Source of the DNA: Candidatus Omnitrophota bacterium
Lineage (GTDB): Bacteria; Omnitrophota; Gorgyraeia; Duberdicusellales; 4484-171
Length of the DNA stretch: 64,000 nucleotides
Reading direction: 5' to 3'
NCBI GenBank assembly: GCA_014729775.1
Contig: WJJJ01000022.1
Span: 13,313-77,312 of the forward strand
Below the pieces are notes generated by a model. It was not told the origin of the DNA. It saw nothing but the letters and a program-made list of their open reading frames with translations, and searched no databases. The position numbers and the translations under genes were made by a program. Positions 49,947 to 61,900 of this stretch are shown one piece after another. The stretch's first letter is position 1, and each line of letters starts with the position of its first letter.

Positions 49947-52900
49947 TTACGGAGCTTCGGCACAGCCGATGGTCACGGTGATCGTCTGCTCGGTCTTCTC
50001 GGTATTGGGATTAGGCGCGACAAACTGCAGGTAGAGAGCCCGTTCTTCGCCGGCCGGCACGCTTTCGGCATTCGTCGCAAACCCGGCGAAAATCGCGCTG
50101 GTCGCGCTCACTTCCGACGTGGTGGCCACGTCGTCGGAGGCAAAATCAAACTGTCCGGGCACGTCGGACGTACCGCAGAAGATACACTTCATCACGTAAA
50201 TATCATTCCCCGCGGAGCTGCCCGAACTCCATGCCGCCGGATCGGTGAGCTGGGCGGAAAACTGTTCGTTCACATCGCCGTCGTTCTCGATCGTGATCTT
50301 ATCGGCCGAATCCATGGTCACCGTCTCCCCGGCACCGACGATCCCGGGAATATTCCACTCCGCCGGGACCGGATCGGTAATGAGAATACTGATCGTCTTG
50401 GTAATATCCGGCGCGTTGATCGCCTGCGAAGAATCCGTGGGTACGGGATCGGTCCCCAGCGACACCGCGCTGTCGCCGCCCTCAGAGGCGGTAAAATAAT
50501 AGGACAGGTTATCCATGACCCCGGCCGGATCCCAGGCAAAGGTCGTATCGTAATAATAGATCTTGCCGTCGCTATAATCGGTATCACCGGGATCCTCTTC
50601 AAGCATCGCGTATCCGGTCCACGCCCCCAGCCCGTTCTCGTCCAGATGGACCTGAATGCTGTCCGGCGCCTGATCACCGTAATGGGTGTACCTGACCCGG
50701 TAGCTAAAGGTGGTGGTCGTCCCGCCGATTTCCGGATCAAGCCCGTCGCCGGTATAGGCAGCGATATCGCCTACCCACTCCAGCAGAGGAACGCTCAACG
50801 CGTTTAAGTTCTCATCGGCCCCGATATCCGGCGGATCGGCCCGGGCATCGCCGTCAAAATCCGTGGTATACCCGGCAATGGCGTTACCCTGCTGCTGACA
50901 CAGCGAATCATCCTGGATATGGAGATCGGTGGACGAAGTAAACTGGGGATCCCGGGAAATCGAATTTGCATCCTGGCCGGTGCCGCTCACCCAGTCGCTG
51001 AGCTCGGCATAGGAACTGCCGCCCTGTCTGCCGGCCTGCGCGTTGTTCGGCGCGTAAAAATCGTTGTAGTCGGACGTGTAATTGGAATCGGCCGAATAAA
51101 AACAGTAATCCCCAGTGCTATTGGAACTGATGGACATGATATTGTTCTGAAAATCATTCCCGGTCCCCTGGTAATTATAGATACAGTAGTCATTGACGAT
51201 CGATACCGAGTTATAATACACTTCGGCATTCGTATTCCGGTACAGATAAATCCCGTAGCCCCCGTTCATGCCGTAGATCATGTTGTTGTACACTTTGACG
51301 GCGGCACTGTACCGGAAATAAATACCGAACCGGTCACCCTCCAGCGTGTTGTTTCTGATCTCATTGTCATTACAATTGTCGTCAAGATAGATATTCGCGT
51401 AATTCCCGCTGGTCCCGACCCCGGAAATGTAGTTGCCGTCAATCACGTTATTGGTCGCGTAGTTATGCAGGTAGATCCCGTGTTCGGTACAGGAGGTGAT
51501 ATCAAATCCCTGAATGGTGATGAAGTCGGCGCTGTTGAGATCAAACCCGTAGGTGCTGCCGTTGACCGTCACGGTTTCACCTAAAGCCTCCTGGAAGGTA
51601 ATGGTATTGGAGGAACTGGCGCCGTTGACCTCCTCCAGAGATACCTCCTCCACGTAGGTCCCGCTGTAGACGTCAAACGTCACCGCTCCGCCGACCCCCC
51701 GGTTGACCAGGTCACTCACCGCGGCGGTGAACGACACATAATCGCCGCTGCCGTCGGTCTTGATCGTGTATGTCCCCGATAACGGGGCCGGTTTGGGGTT
51801 TAAGTTTTCGTCGGCCCCGATGTCCGGCGGATCAGCCCGGGCATCCCCGTCGTAATCGTCGCTGTAACCGGCCAGGGCGGTCCCGGTATTCTGACAGGGC
51901 GATCCGTCGCCGATATGCAGATCGGTGGTGCTGGTATAGAGCGGATTGGAAGAAAACGAGTTGGCGTCCTGGCCTGTGGCAGTCTGCCAGTCGGACAGCG
52001 TAGACTGCACTCCTCCGTAATAGCCGATGCTTGCGCCGTTGGGCGCGTACATATCGTTGTAGTCGGAGGTGAACGGGTACGAAGCGATATTGCCGTCCTG
52101 GTTATAAAAACAGTAATGCCCGCTGTTGGTGGAATGATTGTACAGAATGTTATTTTGAAAATCGTTATTGGAACCCTGGAATTTCAAAACACAGCGAACC
52201 GCCATATAGATACTGTTGAAATAAAACTCGGTATCGTCACAGCGGTAGATATAGGCGCCGTATCCGGAAGTATCATAAATCATATTATTGTAAACCTTGG
52301 TGCCGTCGGCGTAATACAGGTACACCCCGTAGTAGTCTGCGGCGATCTCGTTGCCGGAAATCTCATTGTCATCACAACTCGTATCGATCCGGATCCCCGC
52401 GTAGTTGCCGCCGCTGCCGACGTTGTAGATATAATTTTCCCGGATCACGTTATTCGTCGCCCCGTCGGTGAGGTACACCCCGTGATCAGTGGTCGAGGTA
52501 ATATCGAACCCTTCTAACCGGATATAATCAGCCCCGTCCAGAAAAAAGGCGTACTGATCCCCGTTTACCAGCACCGTTTCTCCGGCCGCCTCCCGGAAAG
52601 TAATGGTGTTTGCCGCGCTGGCGCCGGCAATCGGGCCGATCTCGACCTCTTCCACGTAGTTAGCCCCGCCGTCGTCGTAGACGTCAAAGGTCACCGCGCC
52701 GTTGACCCCCAGTACTTCCAGATCGTCCACGGCCAGCGCAAACGAGGTATAATCGCCGGTCCCGTCCTGGTTAATCGTATAGCCGCCGCTCATCGGCGGA
52801 GGTACGGGGTTGGTGTTCTCGTCGGCGCCGATATCGGGCGTCGCAGCGCGGGCGTCGCCGTCGAAGTCATCACTGATCCCGGCGGCGGATATCCCCGCGC

Positions 52901-55900
52901 CCTGACAGGGGGAGGCATCGGCAATGTGCAGATCGTCTGCCGCGGTAAAACGCGGGTTCCGGTCGATGGAATTGGCGTCCTGCCCCGTGGCCGCCTGCCA
53001 GTCAGCCAGAGTTTCCTCATCGGATCCGTTATTGTAAGCCACGTGGGCGCCGGAAGGCGTATAGAAATCGTTGTAATCAGAGGTATACGGATAAGAGCCG
53101 ATCGCGCCGTCCATACGCAGACAGTAATCATTGGCGTTGGTTGACACATTGGCAAACACGTTATTCTGAAAATCATTGCCCAAACCGCGGTATTTTCGCA
53201 GACAGTAATCGCCGTCGTGCCGGATACTGTTAAAATAAAACTCGGTGTTGTCACAGCGGTTCAGATAGACACCGTAGTTGCCGGCGTTGTAAATCATGTT
53301 GTTGTAGATTTTATTCCCGTCGGCAAAGTACATGTAGATCCCGTAATAATCACCGTCGATCTCGTTCCCCGCGATTTCATTGTCGTCACAGCTGGTATCG
53401 AGCCGGATCGCCGCGTAGTTGCCGCCGGATCCGGTACTGTAGAAATAGTTGCCTTTGATCACGTTATTGGTCGCGCCGTTGACCAGATACACCGCCTCTT
53501 CGCTGGTCGAGGTGATGGTAAAGCCTTGAAGGGTAATGTAGTCGGCTCCGTCAAAATAAAACGCGTTGGCATCACCGTTGACCAGCACGCTTTCCCCGGC
53601 GGCTTCACGGAAGGTGATGGTATTACTTGAACTTGCTCCGGCGATCTCGCCGATCTCGACCTCTTCCACGTAGTTAGCCCCGCCGTCGTCGTAGACGTCA
53701 AAGATCACCGCTCCGCCGACGCCCAGCAATTCGAGATCCGCCACGGCCAGGGTAAAGGACGTGTAATCCCCGCTGCCGTCCTGATTAATGGTATAGTTTC
53801 CGCTCATCGGCGGGGGAACGGGATTGGTGTTCTCGTCGGCGCCGATATCGGGCGTCGCGGCGCGGGCGTCGCCGTCGAAGTCATCACTGATCCCGCCGGC
53901 AGAAGTCCCCGCGCCCTGACAGGGGGAGGCGTCGGCAATGTGCAGATCGTCTGCCGCGGTAAAGCGCGGGTTCTGCGAAATGGAATTGGCATCCTGCCCC
54001 GTCGCGGTCTGCCAGTCACTCAGAGCCGCCTGGTCGCTTCCGTAATAGCCGATACTGGCGCCGTTGGGCGCGTACATGTCGTTGTAGTCGGCGGTGAACG
54101 GATAGGTCGCGATGTCGCCGTCCTGGACATAAAAACAGTACCGGTTTGACGCGGTATAGGAATTGTACAACACATTATTCTGGAAATCATTACCCGTACC
54201 GCGGTATTTTTGAATACAGCGGCCGTTATCGTTGCTGATCGAATTAAAATAGCAGTCAGTGTTATTGGCCCGGTTCATGTACACGCCGTAGTAATCCACG
54301 CCGTAGATCATGTTGTTGTAAATCGTGGTACCATCGGCGAAATACAGGTACACGCCGTAATAATCACCGTCGATCTCGTTCCCCGCGATTTCATTGTCGT
54401 CACAGCTGGTATCGAGCCGGATCGCCGCGTAGTTGCCGCCGGAACCGATCCCGTAGAGATAATTGTCCTCGATCACGTTATTGCTCGCCCCGCTGGTTAA
54501 ATAAATCCCGTGCTGGGTCGTGGACGTGATGTCAAAGCCCTGTATCGTCACGTAATCGGCACCGTTGAGATAAAAAGCGTAGGTATCACCATTAATTGCC
54601 ACACTTTCCCCCGCCGCCTCCTGAAAAGTGATCGTATTGGCCGCGCTCGCCCCGCTGATTTCACTCAATTCGACTTCTTCCGGGTAAGTCGCGCCGCCGT
54701 CATCATACACGTCAAACACGACCGCACCGCCCACGCCGAGCAGATTCAAATCGCTCACCGCGTCGGAGAAAGAGGTATAATCCCCGGTCCCATCCTGTTT
54801 AATCGTGTAATTACCGCTCATCGGCGGCGGAGGCGGGTTGGTATTCTCGTCGGCGCCGATGTCCGGCGTGGCCGCGCGGGCGTCATCATCGTAGTCATCA
54901 CTCACGCCGCCGGCGGAGGTCCCCGCGCCCTGGCAGGGCGAGGCGTCGGCAATGTGCAGATCAGAGGTAGACGTAAACAGCGGGTTCTGCGAAATGGAAT
55001 TCGCATCCTCCGACGTCGCGGTCTGCCAATCGCCCAGAGTGGATTGTGCGCTTCCGTAGTAGCCGATCGAGGCGCCGTTGGGCGCGTACAGGTCGTTGTA
55101 ATCGGAGCTGAACGAATAGGTCGCTTTATCGCCGTCAGCGTTGTAAAAACAGTAATATCCGGAGTTTGTGGAATTGTTATACAAAATATTATTTTGAAAT
55201 TCATTCCCCGTGCCGCGGTATTTGTACAGAGAACGGCCGATGTCGCTATAGACCGAATTAAAATACACCCCGGTATCGTCGCAGCGGTTCATGTAAATCC
55301 CGTAGTAGTTCACCTCGTAAATCATATTGTTGTACACCTGTGTCCGGTCCGCCAGAAGCAGGTAGAGACCGTAATAGTCCCCTTCGATCGTATTCGCCGA
55401 CACTTCGTTATCGTGACAGCCGGTATCGATCCGGACGCTGGCGTAATTCCCCGAAGTACCGGCATCGTATATATAGGTGTCGCGCAGAATGTTGTTGGTC
55501 GCGCCGTTGGTCATATACACGCCGTGCTCGGTACAACTGGTAATCTCGAAATCTTCAATTATGACGTAGTCAGCCCCGTTAAGATAAAAACCGTACACAT
55601 CGCCGTTCACCAAAACGCTTTCCCCGGCGGCTTCGCGAAAGGTAATGGTATTGGAAGAGCCTGCACCCACGATTTCCGGAATCTCCACCTCTTCGGTATA
55701 AGTACCTCCGCCGTCGTCGTACACGTCGAAGGTCACCGCGCCGCTCACGCCCAGGGCGTCAAGGTTATCGACCGCGAGACTAAACGAGGTATAGTCTCCG
55801 GAACCGTCCTGATTAATCGTGTAACTGCCGCTCATCGGCGGCGGCGGGGCGTTGAGATTTTCATCGGCGCCGATATCGGGCGTCGCCGCGCGCGCGTCGC

Positions 55901-58900
55901 CGTCATAATCGTCGCTGATCCCGCCGGCGGAAATCCCGGCACCCTGGCAGGGGGAAATGTTCTGAATGTGCAGATCGTCGGCGGCGGTAAAGCGCGGGTT
56001 CTTGGACAGCGAATTAGCGTCCTCGGCCGTCGCGGTCTGCCAGTCGGCCAGCGAAGCCTGAGCCCCGCCGTAATAGCCGGCACTGGCCCCGGAGGGCACG
56101 TAAAAATCATTGTAATCGGAGGTGAACGAATAGCTGGCCTTGTCCCCGTCCCCGTTATAAAAACAGTAATGGCCGGAGTTGGTCGAAGTGTTGGAAAGGA
56201 TATTGTTCCGGTAATCGCCGTTTGCCCCCTGGTACTTATAGAGACACCGGCCGCCGTCGTTGTCGATCGAATTAAAGAGAAACTCCATGTCGTCACAGCG
56301 GTAGATGTACACGCCGTAGTACCCGACGTCGTAGATCATGTTGTTATAGATGCTGGTTCCGTCGGCGTAGCGTAAGTAGAGTCCGTACCGGTCGCCGACA
56401 ATTTCGTTTCCGGCAATCGTATTATCGTCACAGTCGGCGTCAACGCGGATCCCGGCATAGTTACCCGAGGTGCCGACCGTATGGATATAATTGTTCTGGA
56501 TCGTATTATTGGTGGCGTAATCATCGAGGTAAATCCCGTGTTCGGTACAACTGGTGATTTCAAACCCGTCGATCGTCACGTAATCGGAATCGGACAGATA
56601 AAACCCGTAAGTGTCTCCATCCACAGTCACATCCTCGCCCGGAAATTCCCGGATAGCGATCGTATTGGATGAGCTCGCTCCCGGGATATCCTCCAAATTG
56701 ACCTGCCCGGAATACATCCCGTCATAGACATCGATCCGCACCCAGCCGGACACGCCTTCGTCATTTAAATCGCTGGCCGCCTGCGTGATCGCGGTGTAAT
56801 TTCCGCCGCCGGCGGCAATGACCGTGTACACTCCGCTCATCGGCGTGGAACCGCCCAGATTTTCGTCGGCGCCGATGTCCGGCGGCGTGCCCCGGGCTTC
56901 CCCGTCGAAATCGGTGGTGAACCCCGCAATCCCGGCTCCTTTGGCCAGACAGGAAGAGCTATTGCTGATATGGAGGTTGGTGGAACTTAAGAAATCGGGA
57001 TCGCTGGAGATCGAATTGGCATCTTCCGACGTCGCCGTCTGCCAGTCGGACAGCGAAGCCTGGGCCCCGCCGTAATACCCGACGCGGGCGTTGGGCGCGT
57101 AAAAATCGTTATAATTTGAGGTAAAGGTATACGTGCTCTTGTCGCCGTCGGCCACAAAGAAACAGTAATAACCGAGGTTATTCCCCACCTGGAAGACGGC
57201 GTTGTTGCGGAATTCGTTGTTGGTCCCTTGATTTTTGTAAATACAGCGGTTGACTTCCTGACGGATCGAATTGTAATAAACCTCGGTATTATCGGCATCA
57301 TCCATGTAGATCGCTGCGTAACTGGCATCGGCAATCATATTGTTATCGATCACCGTGCCGTCGGCGGAATTCAGATAGACCCCGTACCGGTCGGCGGTCA
57401 TCCGGTTGGCGCTGACCGTATTATCGTTACTGGCGGTGTCGATGTACACGCTGGAATAGTTGCCGCCGGTTCCGGTCCCGTAAAGATAGTTGCCGGTAAT
57501 CGTATTGTCGGTCGCGGCATTATCCAGCAAGACGCCGTCCTGCGTGCAGTCAGTCAGCTCAAATCCCTGGATGGTGATATAATCGGCACCGTCTAAATGG
57601 ACCACGTTCTCCTCGCCTTCTGCGTCCACGGTCACGTTCTCTCCGGACGCCTCCTGGATGGTGATCGTATTCGCCGCGCCGGCTCCGGTCACCGCCGAAA
57701 GGTCGATCGTCTCGGCATAGGTACCCGAATACACGTCGATCGTCACCGCGCCGCTCACCCCCAGCGCTTCCAGATCGTTCACTGCCGCGCCGATGGACAG
57801 ATAGTCCCCGCTCCCGTCCTTTTTCACGGTATAGGTGCCGCTCATGGCGTTCCCGGCGCTGGTATTCTCATCGGCACCGATGTCCGGGGTCGCAGCGCGG
57901 GAATCACCGTCGTAATCGCCGCTGATGCCGCCAATCGCGGTCCCCTGTCCCTGACAGGCCGAATTATAGCCGATATGCAGGTCCTGAGGACTGCCGAACT
58001 GCGGGTCGCCGCTGATCGAATTGGCGTCTTCGGCGGTCGCGGTCTGCCAGTCGGCCAGCGCCGCCCGGGCCGACCCGTAATAACCGGCACTGACGCCGTT
58101 GGGAGCATAGAAATCGTTATAATCGGACGTGAACGAGTAGGTCGCCTTGTCGCCGTCCTGATTAAAGAAACAATAGTAATTCGCGTTGGCCGACGTATTC
58201 GATAAGATATTGTTCTGAAAATCGTTGTTGCTCCCCTGGTTCTTGTGGATACAACGGCCGAAGGTATTGGAGATCGAATTGAAATGCACGTCAACGTTCG
58301 ATACCTGATAGAGGTAGACCCCGTAATAATCACTTAAGATCATGTTATTGAGGAGCGTGTTGTTGCCGGAATTGTCGTCGAGCCGGATCGCCGCGTAGTT
58401 GCCTTCGGCTCCGACGTCATGTATATAGTTACCCTCGATCGTGTTGTAGCGGGCGAAATTCGTCAGGTACACCCCGTGCTGGGTGCTCTCATACATTTCA
58501 AATCCGCGAATCGTGACGTAATCGGTATCATCCAGATACCAGATATAGGTACTGCCGTTGGCGTCGATCTCCACGCTCTCGCCGGAGGCCTCCTGAATGA
58601 TGATCGTATTGGCCGCACTCGCTCCCGGGATCTGCTCCATATCGACCTGCCCGGTATAGGTTCCCGAATACACGTCCACCGTCACCGCGCCGTTGACCCC
58701 GTTGCTTTCCAGGTCGCTCACCGCGGCGATAATCGTCAGGTAATCCCCGCTGCCGTCGGTCTTCACCGTGTAGGTCCCGCTCATTGCCGCCGGCGGCGGA
58801 TTCAAATTTTCATCGGCGCCGATGTCCGGAGTGGCCGCCCGGGCGTCCCCGTCGTAATCATCACTGATCCCGCCGGCTGAGATACCCGCCCCCTGGCAGG

Positions 58901-61900
58901 GAGAGACGTCCTCCAAATGCAGGTCACTGTCACTTGCGAAATAGGGATTGGTCGAGATCGAATTGGCATCCTGGGAAGTCGCGGACTGCCAGTCCGAAAG
59001 CGTGTCCCGGACCGAATTGTAATATCCGGCCGAAGCGCCGTAGGGCGCGTAAAAATCATTGTAGTCGGACGTGAAGGGGTAGGTGGCGATGTCGCCATCG
59101 CCGTTATAAAAACAGTAATCTCCGGCATTGGTCGACGTCAATGACAATATGTTGTTTTGGAAATCATTGTCACTGCCGCGGAATTTGTAAATACAGTAAT
59201 CATTATCGATATGGATTGAGTTGAAATAAAATTCTCCTTCGTCACAGCGATTGATGTACAAACCAAAATCCCCGACCCCGGTGATCATGTTGTTGTACAC
59301 GCTCAGATTATCCGAATACTGCATGTACACGCCGAAGCGGTCGCCGTCGATCCGGTTATTGCTTATCTCGTTGTCATGACAGTTGTTGTCCAGATATACC
59401 CCCGCGTACCCTCCGGAATCGCCCACACTGTGAATGTAATTTTCGGTAATGATGTTATTCTGTGCGCCGTTGGTCAGGTATATTCCGTGCTCATCGGCAT
59501 TGGTGATCTCAAACCCGCTCAAAGTCAGATAATCGGTCCCGTCCAAAAAAAACACGTAAATATTCCCCTCGACTACCACGGTCTCCCCGGAGGCCTCCTG
59601 AATGGCGATCGTATTGGCCGCGCTCGCTCCGGGGATCTCGCCGATATCGACCTGGCTCATGTAGGTTCCCGAATACACGTCGATCGTCACCGCACCGCTG
59701 ACTCCCTTGCTTTCCAAGTCGCTTACCGCGGCAACGATCGTCAGGTAATCGCCGCTGCCGTCCTGTTTGACAGTATAGGTCCCGCTCAACGCCGCCGGCG
59801 GAGGATTCGGGTTCTCGTCGGCGCCGATATCCGGGGGATCGGCCCGGGCGTCGCCGTCGTAATCATCAGTGTACCCGGCCAACGCGGTCCCCGCGCCCTG
59901 ACAGGGCGAGGCATCCTGAATATGCAGATCGCTGGATGAGGTAAACTGCGGGTTTTGGGAAATGGAATTGGCGTCCTCAGCCGTCGCCGTCTGCCAATCG
60001 TTCAACGTCACCCGCGCGCTACCGTAATAGCCGATATTGGCCCCGACCGGCGCATACAGGTCATTGTAATCAGAGGTAAATGAGTACGTTGCTTTATCCC
60101 CGTCGGCGTTGTAAAAACAGTAAAAGCCCGAATTGGAAGAATAATTGTACAACACATTGTTCTGGTATTCGCCGTTGGTTCCCTGGTATTTGTACAGACA
60201 GCGGTCGCCGTCGATGTAGACCGAGTTGAAATTGCACTCGATGTCATCGCAGCGATAGATGTAAATCCCGTAATCATAGCAGTCGCTGATCATGTTATTG
60301 TGAATCCTGGAATCATCGGCATAGCGCAGATACACGCCGAAGCGGTCGCCTTCAATCCGGTTGCCTTCAACCTCGTTGAAATCGCAGTTCTCGTCGATCC
60401 GGATTCCGGCATAACCGCCGGTCGTGCCGACGTCGTGGATATAATTGTTGCTGATCACATTATTATTCGCGGCGTTTTCCAAAAAGATCCCGTGCTCATC
60501 AGTACCGGTAATCTCAAACCCCTCGATCACGATATAATCGGCTCCATCCAGATAAAAACCATAAGTATCTCCCTCCACCACTACCGTTTCCCCCGCGCTT
60601 TCCTTAAACGTCACGGTATTGGAGGAACCGGCACCGGTGATTTCAGATATGGCAACCTCGCTCATGTAGGTACCCGAATATACATCGATGATCACCGGGC
60701 CGTTAACGCCGTTGAATTCCAGATCGGACACTGCCGCAACGATCGTCAGGTAATCCCCGCTGCCGTCCTGTTTCACGGTATAGGTGCCGCTCATCGGCAC
60801 CGGCGGCGGATTCAGGTTTTCATCGGCACCGATATCCGGCGGTGTACCGCGCGCGTCCCCTTCGAAATCCGCCGTGTACCCGGCCAGCGCGGTCCCTGAA
60901 TTCTGACAGGGCGAGACATCCTCAATATGCAGATCGTCAACGGCCACGAACTGCGGATTCTGGGAAATGGAATTGGCGTCCTGGCCCGATGCGCCCTGCC
61001 AGTCGGACAGCGTGGCCCGCACACCCCCGTAGTAGGCAACGTTGGCCCCGTTTGGCGCGTAGATATCGTTGTAATCGGAAGTAAACGGGTAGGAGCCCAC
61101 GTCGCCGTCGAACCGCATACAGTAATGGCCCGTGTTCGTCGAGTAGTTATAAAAAATATTGTTTTTTATGTCGTGATTGGACCCCTGGTATTTGCGGAAA
61201 CAGTAATCCTGATCGATCGATACCGAATTATAGTGCACCTCGGCGTCGTCGCCGCGGAACAGGTAAATCCCGTAATTATTCACACCGGTAATGAGGTTAT
61301 TGGCCACCACCGCCCCGTCGGCATAGCGCATATAGATCCCGTTATTGTCACCGTCGATCTCATTGCCCAGGATCGAATTATCATCACAGTTATCATAGAC
61401 ATACACCCCGGACGCGCCGCTGGAAGTCCCGATGTTGTAAATATTGTTGCCTTCAATGGTATTATTATTCGCCCCGTTTTCCAGGAAAACCCCATCCTGG
61501 GTCACGTTGGTCATATCGAACCCTTTGACCGTCAGGTAGTCGGTCCCGTCCAGATGAAACACATACGTATTTCCCTCCACGGTGACGGTCTCGCCGCTCG
61601 CTTCCTGGATAGTGACCGTATTGGCCGCGCTCGCCCCGGGGATCTCTCCAATGTCCACCTGGCTCATATAGGTCCCCGAATAGACATCCACGGTGACCAC
61701 GCCGCTGACCCCTTTGCTCTCCAGATCGCTCACCGCGGCCACGATCGTCAGGTAATCGCCCGAACCGTCGGGCTTCACGGTATAGGTACCGCTCATCGGC
61801 GCGGGAGGCGGATTCAGATTCTCGTCGGCACCGATATCCGGCGGAGTAGCGCGGCTGTCTCCGTCGTAATCGGTGGGATACCCGCCGATTGCCACTCCGG

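Noticed and set aside
54510-56375. Plus-strand 621-aa ORF inside the giant gene (also 60927..62489, 520 aa, and other plus-strand ORFs in the array)
   Set aside because: They are antisense to a 14-kb continuous minus-strand frame encoding recognisable beta-helix domains. Their V/I/G/R-rich composition is the complement of the N/D/Y/G-rich coding repeats.
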